Assembly: GCA_045159875.1 (NCBI GenBank)
Contig: CP067995.1
Location: 1,984,001 to 2,048,000, forward strand
Length of the DNA stretch: 64,000 nt
Direction of reading: 5' to 3'
DNA from: a cyanobacterium endosymbiont of Rhopalodia gibba
GTDB taxonomy: Bacteria > Cyanobacteriota > Cyanobacteriia > Cyanobacteriales > Microcystaceae
Each line of letters opens with the position of its first letter. Position 1 is the stretch's first letter. Below the pieces are notes generated by a model. The model did not search any database, had not been told where the DNA came from, and was given only the letters and a program-made list of their open reading frames with translations. Positions 12,866-24,886 of this stretch are shown here, in pieces. Both the position numbers and the translations under genes were made by a program.

Positions 12866-14080
12866 ATGAAGTTTATAAAACTGCTACGCCAATTGGGTAG
12901 CTACCTGATTTCACTTTTACTTGGTATGTTTTTATGCTTTGGTGGCTTCCACTTTCTCTCGTCTCAAGCTGAACCTTTTGTGGAACCATCCTTAGATAAT
13001 CATAAAAATACTTCTGCTCCCTTAAACTTAGCTAAAGTTCTCGTTGATGAAGATCGCGATAGCTTTGTCTCCGCGGCTGTAACCCGCACTGGCTCTGCCG
13101 TGGTTCGCATTGACACGGAAACAGTTGTCACCCGCAGCATTGATCCGGTTTTTAACGATCCTTTCTTTCGTGAATTTTTTGGGGAACAATTTCGCTCTCG
13201 TCTTCCTCAAGAACAAAGAATTGCGGGACAAGGTTCGGGGTTTATTATCGACGGAAACGGGATAATTTTAACCAATGCTCATGTAGTAAACAAGGCTGAT
13301 AAAGTCACCGTTACTCTTAAAGATGGGCGTACTTTTAATGGAGAAGTCCGAGGAACCGATGAAGTCACTGACTTAGCCGTGGTGAAAATATCCCCTCAAG
13401 AGGATAAATTACCAGTTGCCCCTCTAGGAGATTCAGCTAATCTTAAAGTAGGAGATTGGGCAATTGCCGTAGGGAATCCGGTTGGATTGGATAATACTGT
13501 TACCTTGGGGATTATTAGTACCATCGGTCGTTCAGCCGCAAAAGCTGGAATTCCCGATAAGCGTCTCGATTTCATTCAAACTGATGCGGCAATTAACCCG
13601 GGTAATTCTGGAGGTCCTCTCTTAAATTCCCAAGGGGAAGTAATTGGCATTAATACCGCTATTCGTGCTGATGCGATGGGAATCGGTTTTGCTATTCCCA
13701 TCAATAAGGCCAAAGCTTTGCAAAATATTTTAGTCAGTGGACAAAAAGTTCCTCACCCCTATATTGGGGTACAGATGGTTAATCTCACTCCTGAATTGGC
13801 TCGGGAAAATAACAAAAATTCTAACTCACCCATTCTTCTTCCTGAAGTTGAAGGTATTTTGGTAGTACAAGTTGTCCCTAATACTCCTGCCGCTAGAGCC
13901 GGAATCCGTCGAGGGGACGTCATTGTAGGAGTTAACGGAAAATTGATAGATGACGGTAGTGAATTACAGTCTATTGTAGAAAATTCAGGTCTCAATGCTC
14001 CTTTAAAGCTTCAACTTTACCGTGGCGATAACGTTATTTATTTAACGGTAAGAACTGCCCAACTACAAGGAACACCCTAG
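12866..14080 (+). CDS. hhoA: HtrA/DegP-family serine protease with PDZ domain
   Basis: GSGFII, TNAHVV, DLAV, QTDAAINPGNSGGPL, C-terminal PDZ, N-terminal hydrophobic segment. Confidence 0.85.
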   Translation: MKFIKLLRQLGSYLISLLLGMFLCFGGFHFLSSQAEPFVEPSLDNHKNTSAPLNLAKVLVDEDRDSFVSAAVTRTGSAVVRIDTETVVTRSIDPVFNDPFFREFFGEQFRSRLPQEQRIAGQGSGFIIDGNGIILTNAHVVNKADKVTVTLKDGRTFNGEVRGTDEVTDLAVVKISPQEDKLPVAPLGDSANLKVGDWAIAVGNPVGLDNTVTLGIISTIGRSAAKAGIPDKRLDFIQTDAAINPGNSGGPLLNSQGEVIGINTAIRADAMGIGFAIPINKAKALQNILVSGQKVPHPYIGVQMVNLTPELARENNKNSNSPILLPEVEGILVVQVVPNTPAARAGIRRGDVIVGVNGKLIDDGSELQSIVENSGLNAPLKLQLYRGDNVIYLTVRTAQLQGTP

Positions 14081-14093
14081 ATAACCACGGTCC

Positions 14094-14118
14094 GGTGTGG
14101 TAGTTAATTTACCACACC
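14094..14118 (+). terminator. Hairpin just downstream of hhoA, putative terminator
   Basis: 9-bp inverted repeat GGTGTGGTA/TACCACACC, 13 nt after the stop; no clear U-tract. Confidence 0.45.
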
Positions 14119-14440
14119 TCGACAATTGATTCAGGAGGTTATGTTAGGAAATCATGAATCGCTTGCGGGTAAAAAAACTATGACGAAGAAAAACTACAAT
14201 TTTAAGCTTAGATGGTGTATAAATTTAAAAACCCTGGTTTAAAGGTAGGAACTAGAATTTTCGGAGCGATTAGATAAACAAGTACCAATCGATGATAGAC
14301 CAGTAACGTTATTGTTTGAATCTTAAGCGGTTGTCTTTATTCAAAAAGTAGACGTGGCGTTCACAAGAAATCAACTTATTCTATAGTTTATTATAGACAA
14401 TAAACCTAGGCATAATTGCGGAACGGATTAAATAACGATT

Positions 14441-15970
14441 ATGACTTCCACTTTTTTTATTAAACCCATGTCCATTAGAGTATTTAACTCTAATAGTTTA
14501 TCTGTGATAACATCGGTTGGGATTCATGCGTTGTTGTTGGGTCTGCTGTTTCCTAACTTAACTGACTTAAACCTCTTACAAAAGTCAGACTCTAATCAAC
14601 GTGACGTTGAAATAATCGAATTAACCTCTACTGAAATAGCACGTTTACCAGATCAATTGCCATTGTCGGATATACATGACTTTCCTAAGAATTTCCCAAC
14701 TGATATACCAGTCTTCGACTCCTTTTCTTTAAGCCCTTCGGCGTCCAACACTTTTAAGACTTTACCAGCCCCTCCTGCTTTACCCGCGTTACCAACTCTT
14801 CCTGCTTTACCCGCGTTACCAACTCTTCCTGCTTTACCCGCGTTACCAACTCTTCCGTCCCTAAATTATGCTCGTCCTTCTTTTCCTAGGCCACTTCCTA
14901 AACCACAGCAATCACTACCAGCTGCCTCTCCTCCAAATCTACCCTCAAGACTGCCTGTCCCCCCTCAGCCTACTTCTGAGCTGAACAACTCCCAATCTTC
15001 AACTTTTCGATTTCCGCCTATTTCTAAAAGACCAGATTTCGGTCTGTCGAAATCTCCAGTTGCCATCGATCAATTAATTAATCAAGGTAGAGGTGATCGT
15101 CCCCACACATCTACTTCGCAAAACCCCAGTTCCCGTAATGTTACGTCCCCTCAAGCAGCTTTCAATGCAGAACAAGCCCGGAAAGATAAACTGATCAGTA
15201 ATTTAGTACGTGAGACAATTGAAGTAGCGGATAATCTTCGTTACAACAAAAATAATACAACTAATGAAGATGCAAGGCGCAATGATGCCCAGTGGATGGC
15301 AAAAATAGGCAATTCTGTTACAAAGAAAGAGAATTGGCAAGCGTTAAGAGGAGATTATCCTAAAACGGCTTGTTTAAGACATTTAGAGGGAACAGCAATT
15401 TATGGTATCACCGTTAACCCTGAGGGTGATGTGGATAAAAACCCTTATCTCATTAAAAGTTCAGGTTATGGACTCTTGAACCAACAAGCTTTTAATCAAA
15501 TTAAGTCCACTAATTTTAGTACAGACGGTCAACTTCAACACTACCGGGTCAGGATATCTTTTAATTTTGATCCCAAAATTTGTCCTGCTGTCACCCAAAG
15601 TCCACAGAACCAACAAGACAAATTGATAACCCCAGAAACTCCAGCTGAACCAGCAAAATTGACTTCTGATAAAAAACCCGAACTGACGATTCAAGAAATG
15701 TCAACTCCAGAAACTCCAGTTGAACCAGCAAAACTGACTTCTGATAAAAAACCCGAACTGACGATTCGAGAAATGTCAACTCCAGAAACTTCAGTTGAAC
15801 CAGCAAAACTGACTTCTGATAAAAAACCCGAACCGACGATTCGAGAAATGTCAACTCCGGAGACTCCAGTTGAACCAGCAAAACTGACTTCTGATAAAAA
15901 ACCCGAACCGACTACTATTCCAAGCTTTAGTAAGAATGTTCCCCCTCTGCCTCCTAGTATTAAAAAATAG
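14441..15970 (+). CDS. TonB-family energy transducer-like protein, Pro-rich, with internal repeats
   Basis: N-terminal anchor SVGIHALLL, Pro-rich linker, TonB C-terminal domain YPKTACLRHLEG...IKSSGYGLLNQQA. Confidence 0.75.
   Translation: MTSTFFIKPMSIRVFNSNSLSVITSVGIHALLLGLLFPNLTDLNLLQKSDSNQRDVEIIELTSTEIARLPDQLPLSDIHDFPKNFPTDIPVFDSFSLSPSASNTFKTLPAPPALPALPTLPALPALPTLPALPALPTLPSLNYARPSFPRPLPKPQQSLPAASPPNLPSRLPVPPQPTSELNNSQSSTFRFPPISKRPDFGLSKSPVAIDQLINQGRGDRPHTSTSQNPSSRNVTSPQAAFNAEQARKDKLISNLVRETIEVADNLRYNKNNTTNEDARRNDAQWMAKIGNSVTKKENWQALRGDYPKTACLRHLEGTAIYGITVNPEGDVDKNPYLIKSSGYGLLNQQAFNQIKSTNFSTDGQLQHYRVRISFNFDPKICPAVTQSPQNQQDKLITPETPAEPAKLTSDKKPELTIQEMSTPETPVEPAKLTSDKKPELTIREMSTPETSVEPAKLTSDKKPEPTIREMSTPETPVEPAKLTSDKKPEPTTIPSFSKNVPPLPPSIKK
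14774..14854 (+). repeat. 27-bp tandem repeat x3 (PALPALPTL)
   Basis: CCTGCTTTACCCGCGTTACCAACTCTT occurs as three identical copies. Confidence 0.95.
15632..15912 (+). repeat. 75-bp tandem repeat x~3.7 (PETPxEPAKLTSDKKPExTIxEMST)
   Basis: Near-identical units start at 15632, 15707, 15782 and 15857. Confidence 0.95.
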
Positions 15971-16140
15971 GTAACTCCAGTCAATTCAAGAAACTTTCGG
16001 CAGAACCTGTTCAATGATGTTTTAATAACCTATTAAGAATTTTAAAAGTTATTTAGCAATTGTCGTCCAAAACCTCTAGGCTAGAAAAACTTGACAAGGA
16101 TGTTAAATTTCAAGTAGTATAGTGTGCGGAAGTTATATTA

Positions 16141-16213
16141 GGGGCTATAACTCAGTTGGTAGAGTGTCACAATGGCATTGTGAAAGTCAGCGGTTCGAGT
16201 CCGCTTAGCTCCA
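16141..16213 (+). tRNA. tRNA-Ala(GGC)
   Basis: GGGGCTA/TAGCTCC acceptor stem, anticodon arm TCACA-ATGGCAT-TGTGA, GGTTCGAGTCC T-arm; CCA not encoded. Confidence 0.95.
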
Positions 16214-16311
16214 TCTAGAAATAAGGAAGCAATTAAGGATAGATATATACTTTGTCGTTTATCTTTGCGATTTGTTCTTATTGGTTCTCGAAAGTTTCTT
16301 AGACCAAAGAA

Positions 16312-17436
16312 TTATGTCACTTTAGCTTGGGTTTGTTCTTGGAGAAACTTGATAATTGACGCTTTTTCTAATAACCCTAGTACAATGCCATTTTTTTGAA
16401 TAACAGTTAGTTGCTGACGAGGGTCATTTTCTAAAATCTTTACTACTTCTAACAAAGATTTATCTGCTTCGATTATGGTTATACCATCATTTATGGGCTG
16501 CATTATTTCTGAAATTTTTAGATCAGTCCATTGGGAAGTTGAAATTTTATTTAAGGCATTTAGTTCAAGAATTCCTGATAGTTTTCCTTTTTCATTAGTG
16601 GTTAAAAACTTCTTCCACTTCCTCTTACCAATTACATAATTATTAACAAATTTTCTTAGGCTAAAACTATCAGGAACTACAGGACTATAAGGAATTACTG
16701 CATCTTGGGCTGTATACCCACTTAAAGTTTCTTGAAACTTAGCAGATTGACCAGAAAATACTGCATTTTGTAAGAGAAAAAAACCAATTAATAATGTCCA
16801 GAAATTTCCAATAGGACTAATTCCTAAAATTGCTAAACCACTTGTAACAACGGCTAACCAACCGAAAATTTGTCCAACGCGACTAGCAAAAATAATCCCT
16901 TTATTTGGGTTCCCAGTGATTTTCCAAACTAATGCTTTAAGAATATTGCCACCATCTAAAGGTAGACCAGGAATTAAGTTAAATAATCCTAGAATTAAGT
17001 TAATTGAAGTAAGTAGTGAAATAATCGCTGTAATTGGTGCACCAAAGGAGAAATTAACTTGAATTAGGTTTAATACAGCAAAGATTGTTAAACTCACAGC
17101 AGGGCCCGCAATCGCTACCCAAAATGCTTCCAAGGGTGTCTCAGATTCTTTTTCTAAACTAGCTAACCCCCCAAACAAAAATAAGGTAATGGACTTAACA
17201 TTAATCCCTTGGGAAAGTGCAACAAAACTGTGTCCCAATTCATGAACGACCACAGAAGAAAATAGTAACAGTGCAGTTAAAAAACCTAAAATCCAAGGGA
17301 CAATCCCTACTAATTGGGGAAATAATGCCAACTGTCTCCCATAACTAACGGCAACTAACCCCAGAACTAAAAACCAAGAAGGATTCACATAAAAAGGAAT
17401 TCCGAATAAATTGCCAACCCTTATATTATTATTCAT
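16312..17436 (-). CDS. Site-2 protease family (M50) metalloprotease with CBS domains
   Basis: HELGH zinc motif, NLIPGLPLDGG, multiple TM segments, C-terminal CBS pair. Confidence 0.9.
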   Translation of the reverse strand: MNNNIRVGNLFGIPFYVNPSWFLVLGLVAVSYGRQLALFPQLVGIVPWILGFLTALLLFSSVVVHELGHSFVALSQGINVKSITLFLFGGLASLEKESETPLEAFWVAIAGPAVSLTIFAVLNLIQVNFSFGAPITAIISLLTSINLILGLFNLIPGLPLDGGNILKALVWKITGNPNKGIIFASRVGQIFGWLAVVTSGLAILGISPIGNFWTLLIGFFLLQNAVFSGQSAKFQETLSGYTAQDAVIPYSPVVPDSFSLRKFVNNYVIGKRKWKKFLTTNEKGKLSGILELNALNKISTSQWTDLKISEIMQPINDGITIIEADKSLLEVVKILENDPRQQLTVIQKNGIVLGLLEKASIIKFLQEQTQAKVT

Positions 17437-17686
17437 GGGTCGAATCTCCTATTTAATTTGTGAAATCTGTTTTAACGACTTCACTCTTACCTAATCTCAT
17501 TGTAACGAGATGTAAAATTAACGAGACTTAAAAATAACAGTAAAACCCGTCTTACTGAGTTCGGTTATCTACAGCAATTATGAATTATGATTTATAAATC
17601 CACGGTTAACTCTAGTTTAGTCGATACAATGACGGTCTGTTCTCTATAGACAAAAAGACACTATCTATACATAAATTAAAATAACT

Positions 17687-18610
17687 ATGACAACTCTAAT
17701 TCAACGAGATATTCTAGGAATTGCTGATCTTAATGCTAATGAACTTAAGAATGTTCTAGAATTAGCAGCACATCTTAAAAATAGGAGATGGTCACCTATC
17801 TCTCAAAAGGTCCTAGGACTTTTATTTTATAAAGCTTCCACCCGTACCCGTGTTTCCTTTAGCGTGGCGATGTATCAGTTAGGGGGACAAGTTATAGATC
17901 TTAATCCTAGTGTTACCCAAGTGGGAAGAGGAGAACCCATTGCCGACACTGCTAGAGTTTTAGATCGCTATTTAGACATTTTAGCCGTTCGCACATATAA
18001 ACAAGAAGACTTAGAAACCTTTGCCAATTATGCGGAAATTCCTGTTATTAATGCCTTAACTGATTTGGAACATCCCTGTCAAACTTTAGCCGATTTGTTG
18101 ACAATTCAAGAGAATTTGAACACCTTATCCGGTATTACGGTTACTTATCTTGGGGATGGCAATAATGTTGCCCATTCTCTAATTTTAGGAGGAGCCTTAA
18201 TGGGAATGAAAGTCCATATTGCCACCCCTGATGGCTATCAACCAAATAGTCAGATTGTTGAAAAGGCTAAAGAATTAGCAGTAGAAGGATTTGAGATTAT
18301 GATAACCAATGACCCTATTGAAGCGGCTAAAGACTCTCAAGTACTTTATACTGATGTTTGGACGAGCATGGGACAAGAAGATTTAGCAGCTTCAAGAATT
18401 CCCTTATTTGAACCCTATCAAGTTAATGAAACCTTATTGAATTATGCCGATAAGGAAGTTATTGTTTTACACTGTTTACCCGCTCATCGCGGAGAAGAAA
18501 TTACTGATTCAGTTATTGAAGGAAAACATTCCCGGGTATGGGAGCAAGCAGAAAACAGAATGCATGTCCAGAAAGCATTAATAGTAAGTTTATTAGGAAT
18601 TAATAGTTAA
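17687..18610 (+). CDS. argF: Ornithine carbamoyltransferase
   Basis: STRTRVSF, HPCQ, YTDVWTSMGQE, HCLPAHRGEE. Confidence 0.95.
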   Translation: MTTLIQRDILGIADLNANELKNVLELAAHLKNRRWSPISQKVLGLLFYKASTRTRVSFSVAMYQLGGQVIDLNPSVTQVGRGEPIADTARVLDRYLDILAVRTYKQEDLETFANYAEIPVINALTDLEHPCQTLADLLTIQENLNTLSGITVTYLGDGNNVAHSLILGGALMGMKVHIATPDGYQPNSQIVEKAKELAVEGFEIMITNDPIEAAKDSQVLYTDVWTSMGQEDLAASRIPLFEPYQVNETLLNYADKEVIVLHCLPAHRGEEITDSVIEGKHSRVWEQAENRMHVQKALIVSLLGINS

Positions 18611-18950
18611 TGGTGAGGATAAACTTTTTGTCAATATGTAAATAAATTAGTTAAAGACAAAATTCCAGAAATCATTGAACAATCTGGAAATGTGCTTGAA
18701 ATGAGAACTTTATCTGAAGTGGAATACTTATAGTGCTTAAAAAACAAATTAATCGAAGAATCTTAAGAAGTTGTTTAAGCTAATTAAAACAATATTTTAC
18801 AGGAGTTAGGAGATTTATTTAAAGTTGTCGATAATATTTTAATTACGCATGACATTCCTCGTGAGAAAGTAATTAATAAACAGCAAAAACAAAAAAAAAG
18901 AACGAAGTAGTTCTAATCAATGTATTCAGTTAATTTTGACTAAAACTTAA
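18610..18950 (+). pseudogene. MazG-like nucleoside triphosphate pyrophosphohydrolase remnant
   Basis: NKLVKDKIPEIIEQSG...LKNKLIEES*E...QELGDLFKVV, with internal stops. Confidence 0.7.
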
Positions 18951-20868
18951 TTCCAGGAATAGTAAAATATAAACAAGTGCTTCCCCAATAACTACCACAG
19001 AAGAAAATTTATTAAAATCCCTCAGGATATACATACTTAATCACAAAGATTTCACCATAAGCAGCCTTCCTCAATATGCGAAATCTTCAAACAAGCTTTT
19101 AAAGCAACGAGGAGTTGCGGGTTATTGAGGTTGAATGTTCCTCGACAATGGAACAAAGGGAAGAGGTATTTTAACTGAACCTATCGTCGTTTTCAAATTT
19201 TAGTGGCTCAGTATTCTAGGATATTAGCTTTCTTCCAAACTCAACATCAGAATGCTGTCTCAAAGTTAATATTGAATCCTAGCATTCTCTTCATACAAAT
19301 CTATCTATCCTTTATTCTTGATGGCTATTGAAAAAACTTCAGTAAAAGTAGAATTTCCATAATTGCATTGCCAAGGAAAAGCTTTGATGTAAACTGTCCT
19401 AGTCAAAAAAGATATTGCTTAACGGGAGAAGTTTTTCATATTACAAGATGAAACATCTTTGAAGAGTTTATCATCGGTACAATCTTATCCACATCAGAAA
19501 ATCTTTATGGGATGATCTCTTTTAATACAGAAACGGGGTAAAGTTTTAGTCTTCCGATAGAATTAGCCGTGATGGGAATCGTCAATGCAGTAAAACCCTA
19601 ACAGACTGATTTTTACCTAGTGATTGTCTAGTCTCTTTGTATCTTCTGGAAACCGTTCAAAAAAAATGGAGGAGAATGTCCTTCAAGACAAATTTTTACC
19701 TGAGAAAACACTAAAGTATATTTAGATATCCTTAAACAAGTCGATCAAAGAAAAACTTTCCTTTTTTTGTTCCTAAGTCTTAGATTTTCTGACAGAAGAT
19801 GTAACTCATTGTACGAAGACAATCTTAGAATATTTGTCGTCTGATCGAGTTTTCCATCAAAAACGGTTACGGGGATAGGCGATTGATTTGACCCCAAAAT
19901 ACACTTAGACCGCGGTAACAGCCTCTGCTGGGGAAACAAATTTCTATACTATCCAGCTCCAGCATGTCTATTGAGAAGCGTTAATGTTTACAGTATCAGG
20001 ACAAATTATCCAAATTATGGAAAAACATTAAGTCAGTTGCATTCCCGAGAATTTTGAAAATACAACTGAGAATTGTATAGTTTGGTGGTGGAATATCACT
20101 TTCCTCATCTAAATGTCATGGGGTCGAATTCCACCACCTGCTTTTTTATTTAGATATAATTTAACCACTTGTATACAGTAATTTATGATTAAAAACAGTT
20201 ACCGTATTTAGTCTTTGCTGTATTTTTTAGTTTTATCTATCTCTTTAGTTAAAATATTTTTTCTATTTCATATTTTTTTTAGGACATATATCAACTCTAA
20301 TTTTGACTTTTTTCTTCTTTATTTTTAGTTTTTTTAAAAATTATTGCTGTTTTTTTATGAAGTTCATCTTACTTTTTTCTCTTGTTTAAACAAGCCGAAT
20401 AATTGTTTGCTCTTATTGAGTTCTTGAATACTTCTTTGAGAGCTATTTAAAAAACTCTATATTTTTTCTTTCTAAGTTCTTTTTTTCCTTTCCACTTTTC
20501 GGATAATCCCACAATTACTATTTTCCTTGAGTAATGAATTTAGAAATTGTTTTTATTATTGTAATTTCTGAGAGATTTACCAATCTGCAATTTTTTGACT
20601 TTTCCTCATCTCGTGTCCGAACATAACGTCTCTACCTCTTATTTAAGAGTGGATTTTTAGATTGAAAGTAAACTTTAACAGCTCCTTACTTTTCGAATTC
20701 TGTTAGCTGAATTTCTAGGCAGTTTATCAGTTAGCTATTGTTTTTTATTTAAATATTTTTCTATTTTAGATTTATTGCCAGTTAAAGTATTTACTATTTT
20801 ATTTGAGTTAAACTGGACTTCTTATAAGAAAAATAATAAAAAGAGGGCAAAAGCCCCCGCTCAAAATG

Positions 20869-21066
20869 TTAGTAAGCCAAGGTTTCTAGAGTTTCTCGGA
20901 GATAACAGCGCACTTGTTGATCGAAAGGAGAGGAATCATGATCTTTGGTCTGGCGAGACTGCCACTGTTTAAAACCAGAACAATCAGCAATTGCCTGTTT
21001 TAAATGCTCCCAAATTTCATGATCTTGATCAGACTTACGATTACAGGAGATAGTTGAACTCAACAT
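20869..21066 (-). CDS. Small conserved cyanobacterial hypothetical protein
   Basis: WEHLKQAIADCSGFKQWQ...VRCYLRETLETLAY, recognised as a conserved cyanobacterial small protein. Confidence 0.7.
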   Translation of the reverse strand: MLSSTISCNRKSDQDHEIWEHLKQAIADCSGFKQWQSRQTKDHDSSPFDQQVRCYLRETLETLAY

Positions 21067-21189
21067 AAGAATCTCATCAAATGACTAACATTGTCTTTCT
21101 TTAAGCATAACTCAGGCAATTCGGAAGATTCTGAAGATTCTGATAACTTTGAGAAAAATTTTAGAGAAATATGAATTTTTGGGATAAGT

Positions 21190-21801
21190 TTATTTAGAAG
21201 AGGACGAAAATTCAGTCTTGATTGGGAGAATTTTTTGCACGCGAAGTCCGCAAACGGTAAAGTCTTGGAGAATTTTTTCGGTTGTGTAAGGCTGAGTGGT
21301 TAGCCATTGTTGTTGAGGAGTTAGGATAATCCCAATGACGGCGATAGGGATTTGAACAAACAAATTACTCAACAAAAAACCAATCGCCGCAATAAACAAT
21401 CCTAGTATTCGCCATTGAGGTAGTGTAGCGACCGTCACTGCTCCTAGGGGAGCGAGTAGATAAAGTTCCCATAGAATACCCAACATACCAAAGGCCGCGA
21501 TTACCGCCAAAATTCGGACGTTTCGAGTTTTCAATGACCTTAAAATTTTACGTTGTTCAACGGTCAAACTATTAGGATGAAGAGCAAGCAGTAACACACT
21601 AAAAATATCAAAGGGTCGAGTCAACTGCATCAAGAGAATTGGAACCACACCAAACACTCCAACGATAAAAAGTTCTAGCCAAAATAGAGGGAAGGGATCC
21701 CCTACTGCTAATCCTAACAAGACTAATTGTAAGCTTAAAGGAACAACAGCAATTCCGGCTAGATGAATCCATAAAAACGGTTCCGAACGAAAGTTATTCA
21801 T
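21190..21801 (-). CDS. Cyanobacterial membrane protein typically downstream of infB ('low-complexity tail membrane protein' type)
   Basis: FRSEPFLWIHLAG N-terminus, four hydrophobic segments, LSNLFVQIP. Confidence 0.75.
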   Translation of the reverse strand: MNNFRSEPFLWIHLAGIAVVPLSLQLVLLGLAVGDPFPLFWLELFIVGVFGVVPILLMQLTRPFDIFSVLLLALHPNSLTVEQRKILRSLKTRNVRILAVIAAFGMLGILWELYLLAPLGAVTVATLPQWRILGLFIAAIGFLLSNLFVQIPIAVIGIILTPQQQWLTTQPYTTEKILQDFTVCGLRVQKILPIKTEFSSSSK

Positions 21802-21824
21802 AACACAAGAAGAACATAATTCAG

Positions 21825-21874
21825 AATAAAGAGTCCATAATGGCTAGTTTATCAGCCATTATGGACTCTTTATT
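21825..21874. terminator. 21-bp perfect inverted repeat after the infB stop (putative terminator or stabilising hairpin)
   Basis: AATAAAGAGTCCATAATGGCT-8nt-AGCCATTATGGACTCTTTATT. Confidence 0.65.
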
Positions 21875-21877
21875 GTC

Positions 21878-24800
21878 TTACCTTCCCGCTAAGGTACGAC
21901 GTTTCATTACCATTTCGTAAGCTTCAATGATATCCCCTGCTTGCCAATCACTGAACTTATCGATTCCGACACCACATTCATAACCGGCGTTAACCTCACG
22001 GGCAAGTTCTTTAACCCGTTTGAGGGAATCAAGATTTCCTTGATAGACTATACTGTCGCCGCGCCGTACTCTAACAAAGCGGTTTCGTACCACCTTACCA
22101 GACTGGACATAACAACCGGCCACTGCGCCTCGTCCCAGGGGAAAGACAGCCCTAACTTGGGCTTGTCCAAGAGGAGATTCCACTTCTTCAGGTTCGAGTA
22201 ACCCTTCCATAGCTCCTTGAACATCATCGAGGAGTTTGTAGATAATGTCGTATTCTCGAATATCCACCCCTTCGTGGTCAGCTGCCGCCCTAGAGCCACT
22301 GGCAAGAGTTGTATTAAAGCCGATTATCACTGCACCACTGGCAGCCGCCAAGTCTACATCGGTTTCGGTAATTTCCCCAGGAGCAGCCAGGAGAACTCTG
22401 ATTTGAACCTCATCTTGAGGTAATTGTTCTAGGGAGCCGACAATTGCCTCTAAAGACCCTTGAACATCAGCTTTGACAATAAGGTTGAGTTCTTTCAGTT
22501 CTCCTTCTTGAGCTTGAGCCGAAATGCTACTGAGGGTAACGCGACGAGAAGACGTTGCTTGTTGCAGACGGGTTTGACGTTGGTCAGCCGCTCCTTGTTC
22601 AGCCACGACGCGGGCTTCTTTTTCACTAGCATAGACATCAAATTCGTCTCCCGCCGAGGGAACGTTATTAAGTCCGAGAACCTCAACGGCAAATGAGGGA
22701 GAAGCGGCCTCGACTTTTTCTCCGCGATCGTCAATCATGGCACGGATTTTACCGAAGACTGAGCCAGCAACGATGGCATCTCCCACCCGTAGAGTTCCAT
22801 TTTGGATAAGAAGGGTGGCTACTGGTCCCCTAGCACGGTCAAGGTTAGCTTCGATGACTGTTCCTTTAGCGAGACGATTTGGGTTAGCGACCAATTCTTC
22901 TACTTCCGCTACCAGGATAATCATCTCTAGGAGAGTATCAAGGTTTTCTCCTTTAAGAGCACTGACGGGAACCATAATGGTTTCCCCTCCCCATTCTTCA
23001 GAAAGTAAACCCAATTCGGCTAATTCTTGTTTGATGCGCTCAGGGTTAGCTTCAGGTTTATCGACTTTATTGATAGCCACCAATAAAGGAACCTTTGCTG
23101 CTTTAGCGTGACTAATCGCTTCTCGTGTTTGGGGTTGAACCCCATCATCTGCAGCCACTACCAGGATCGCAATGTCTGTTACCTTAGTTCCGCGCGCTCG
23201 CATAGCGGTAAAGGCTTCGTGACCAGGGGTATCCAAGAAAACAATCTGTTCTGATTGTCCATTGTGTTTAATATCCACATGGTATGCCCCGATGTGTTGG
23301 GTAATTCCTCCAGCTTCTCCTTGAGCGACCTTCGTTTGACGGATGGAGTCGAGCAAGGTAGTTTTTCCGTGATCGACGTGCCCCATAATAGTGACTACTG
23401 GAGGGCGACGCTGAAGATTTTCCAAGTCATGTTCATCGAGCATTTCTGTATTTTTAGTCGCTGCAGCTTTTACTTCAGGGATTTTCACTTCCACCCCTAA
23501 TTCTTCTGTGACTAACTGAGCCGTTTCGAAATCCAGTGTCTGGGTAATATTGGCTGCTATTCCCTTAGAAAAAAGATTTTTAATAATTTCAGTTTCAGGA
23601 ATTTGTAGCCTATTGGCAAGTTCTCTAACTGTCAGATTACTGTCGAGAATAATCATTTCAGGACGTTGAATGACTTCTTGACGTTCGCGACGTTCTGTTT
23701 TCTGACGCGTTGTTGAGCCTCCACCGGTGTCGGGTTTGGGCATCGGTTTTTTAGGCTTGCTGACAGCAGCTGGTTTCGTCTGAGATTGAGGTTTAGGGGG
23801 ACGGGCCGTAGAGAGACTTGCAGTTAAAGGAATGGGATTGAGACCACTTCCTGACTCAAAATCTTCATCTTCTTCGTCAAGACGTTTAGTCCGACGTTTA
23901 GCTTTAGCCGCTCCTTTGTTTTTTATTTTAGACTCGCGTTCTTCTTCTTCTTCTTCCCATTTTTTTTGTTTTGAAGGACGCGCTGACGTGGGACGTTTTA
24001 AGGTGGGTTTCGGTTTTAGAGCCGTTTCAAGAACATCATCATCGACTACATCTGAATCATCAATTTCGTCTGATGTGGGTTTGACCGAAGGAGCAATTAA
24101 TTCAAGAATTTCCTCTTTTGGTTGCCTCGCAACTTGCGGTCGCTGGGAATCCAGTTTAGCTTTGACTCTAGTTATTTTTTTATTAGGAGCCGGAGTTTCA
24201 GCGGAAGCTGTTTTTGGAGTCGGCGTGGTCTCTAATGAGAGTTTCTTCTGTGCCTCAACTCTATCTGTTGGTTCAGGTTTAGGGGTAAGTTTCAAGCCTG
24301 ACTTCCCAGAAGGAGATTTCTTAGAAGATTGAACTAGAGGTTTAGATAGTTGGGGTGGATTGAGAAGAGTAGGAGTAGGTTCAAGTTCTTGGTTATCTTC
24401 AACTTGAGGAGTTATAAGTTTTTCGGAGGGTTTAGTTTTCTCAGTCAGTTTTGGCTTCTCGCTAGAAGTAACAACCGTTTCCTCTTTGTTTAATGTTTTT
24501 TGAGGCGATTTTTGGGACTTTGCGGGGGGTTGAGAAAATTGTGGTTTAGCAGGTGGCCGAGGGGGAGCCACTAAGGTTGGAGAAGAACCCTGAGATTGTC
24601 TTGAGGCTTGAGTAGAAGAACTCGTCTGGATTTGCTTATGATGAATAGCTAAGATTTGTTGTTTGCTTTTTTCCTTAGGAGATACTTGTTCTTTTTGGTC
24701 AGTTATCTGGCTAGCAACGTATTTACTTGCCATGCCCTTGATTCGTTCAGCCTGGGATTCACTAATCGTGCTACTGTGGCTCTTAACAGGAATGTTAAGC

Positions 24801-24886
24801 TGGGTGCAAATTTCTAGGATATCTTTATTTTCTAGGTTCAACTCTTTCGATAAATCGTAAATTCTAACTTTTTGTGCGTTGTTCAT
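21878..24886 (-). CDS. infB: Translation initiation factor IF-2
   Basis: [36 protein letters not shown]. Confidence 0.98.
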   Translation of the reverse strand: MNNAQKVRIYDLSKELNLENKDILEICTQLNIPVKSHSSTISESQAERIKGMASKYVASQITDQKEQVSPKEKSKQQILAIHHKQIQTSSSTQASRQSQGSSPTLVAPPRPPAKPQFSQPPAKSQKSPQKTLNKEETVVTSSEKPKLTEKTKPSEKLITPQVEDNQELEPTPTLLNPPQLSKPLVQSSKKSPSGKSGLKLTPKPEPTDRVEAQKKLSLETTPTPKTASAETPAPNKKITRVKAKLDSQRPQVARQPKEEILELIAPSVKPTSDEIDDSDVVDDDVLETALKPKPTLKRPTSARPSKQKKWEEEEEERESKIKNKGAAKAKRRTKRLDEEDEDFESGSGLNPIPLTASLSTARPPKPQSQTKPAAVSKPKKPMPKPDTGGGSTTRQKTERRERQEVIQRPEMIILDSNLTVRELANRLQIPETEIIKNLFSKGIAANITQTLDFETAQLVTEELGVEVKIPEVKAAATKNTEMLDEHDLENLQRRPPVVTIMGHVDHGKTTLLDSIRQTKVAQGEAGGITQHIGAYHVDIKHNGQSEQIVFLDTPGHEAFTAMRARGTKVTDIAILVVAADDGVQPQTREAISHAKAAKVPLLVAINKVDKPEANPERIKQELAELGLLSEEWGGETIMVPVSALKGENLDTLLEMIILVAEVEELVANPNRLAKGTVIEANLDRARGPVATLLIQNGTLRVGDAIVAGSVFGKIRAMIDDRGEKVEAASPSFAVEVLGLNNVPSAGDEFDVYASEKEARVVAEQGAADQRQTRLQQATSSRRVTLSSISAQAQEGELKELNLIVKADVQGSLEAIVGSLEQLPQDEVQIRVLLAAPGEITETDVDLAAASGAVIIGFNTTLASGSRAAADHEGVDIREYDIIYKLLDDVQGAMEGLLEPEEVESPLGQAQVRAVFPLGRGAVAGCYVQSGKVVRNRFVRVRRGDSIVYQGNLDSLKRVKELAREVNAGYECGVGIDKFSDWQAGDIIEAYEMVMKRRTLAGR

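Noticed and set aside
15632..15912. Regular repeats resembling a CRISPR array
   Set aside because: They are contiguous in-frame coding repeats with no unique spacers and no cas genes.
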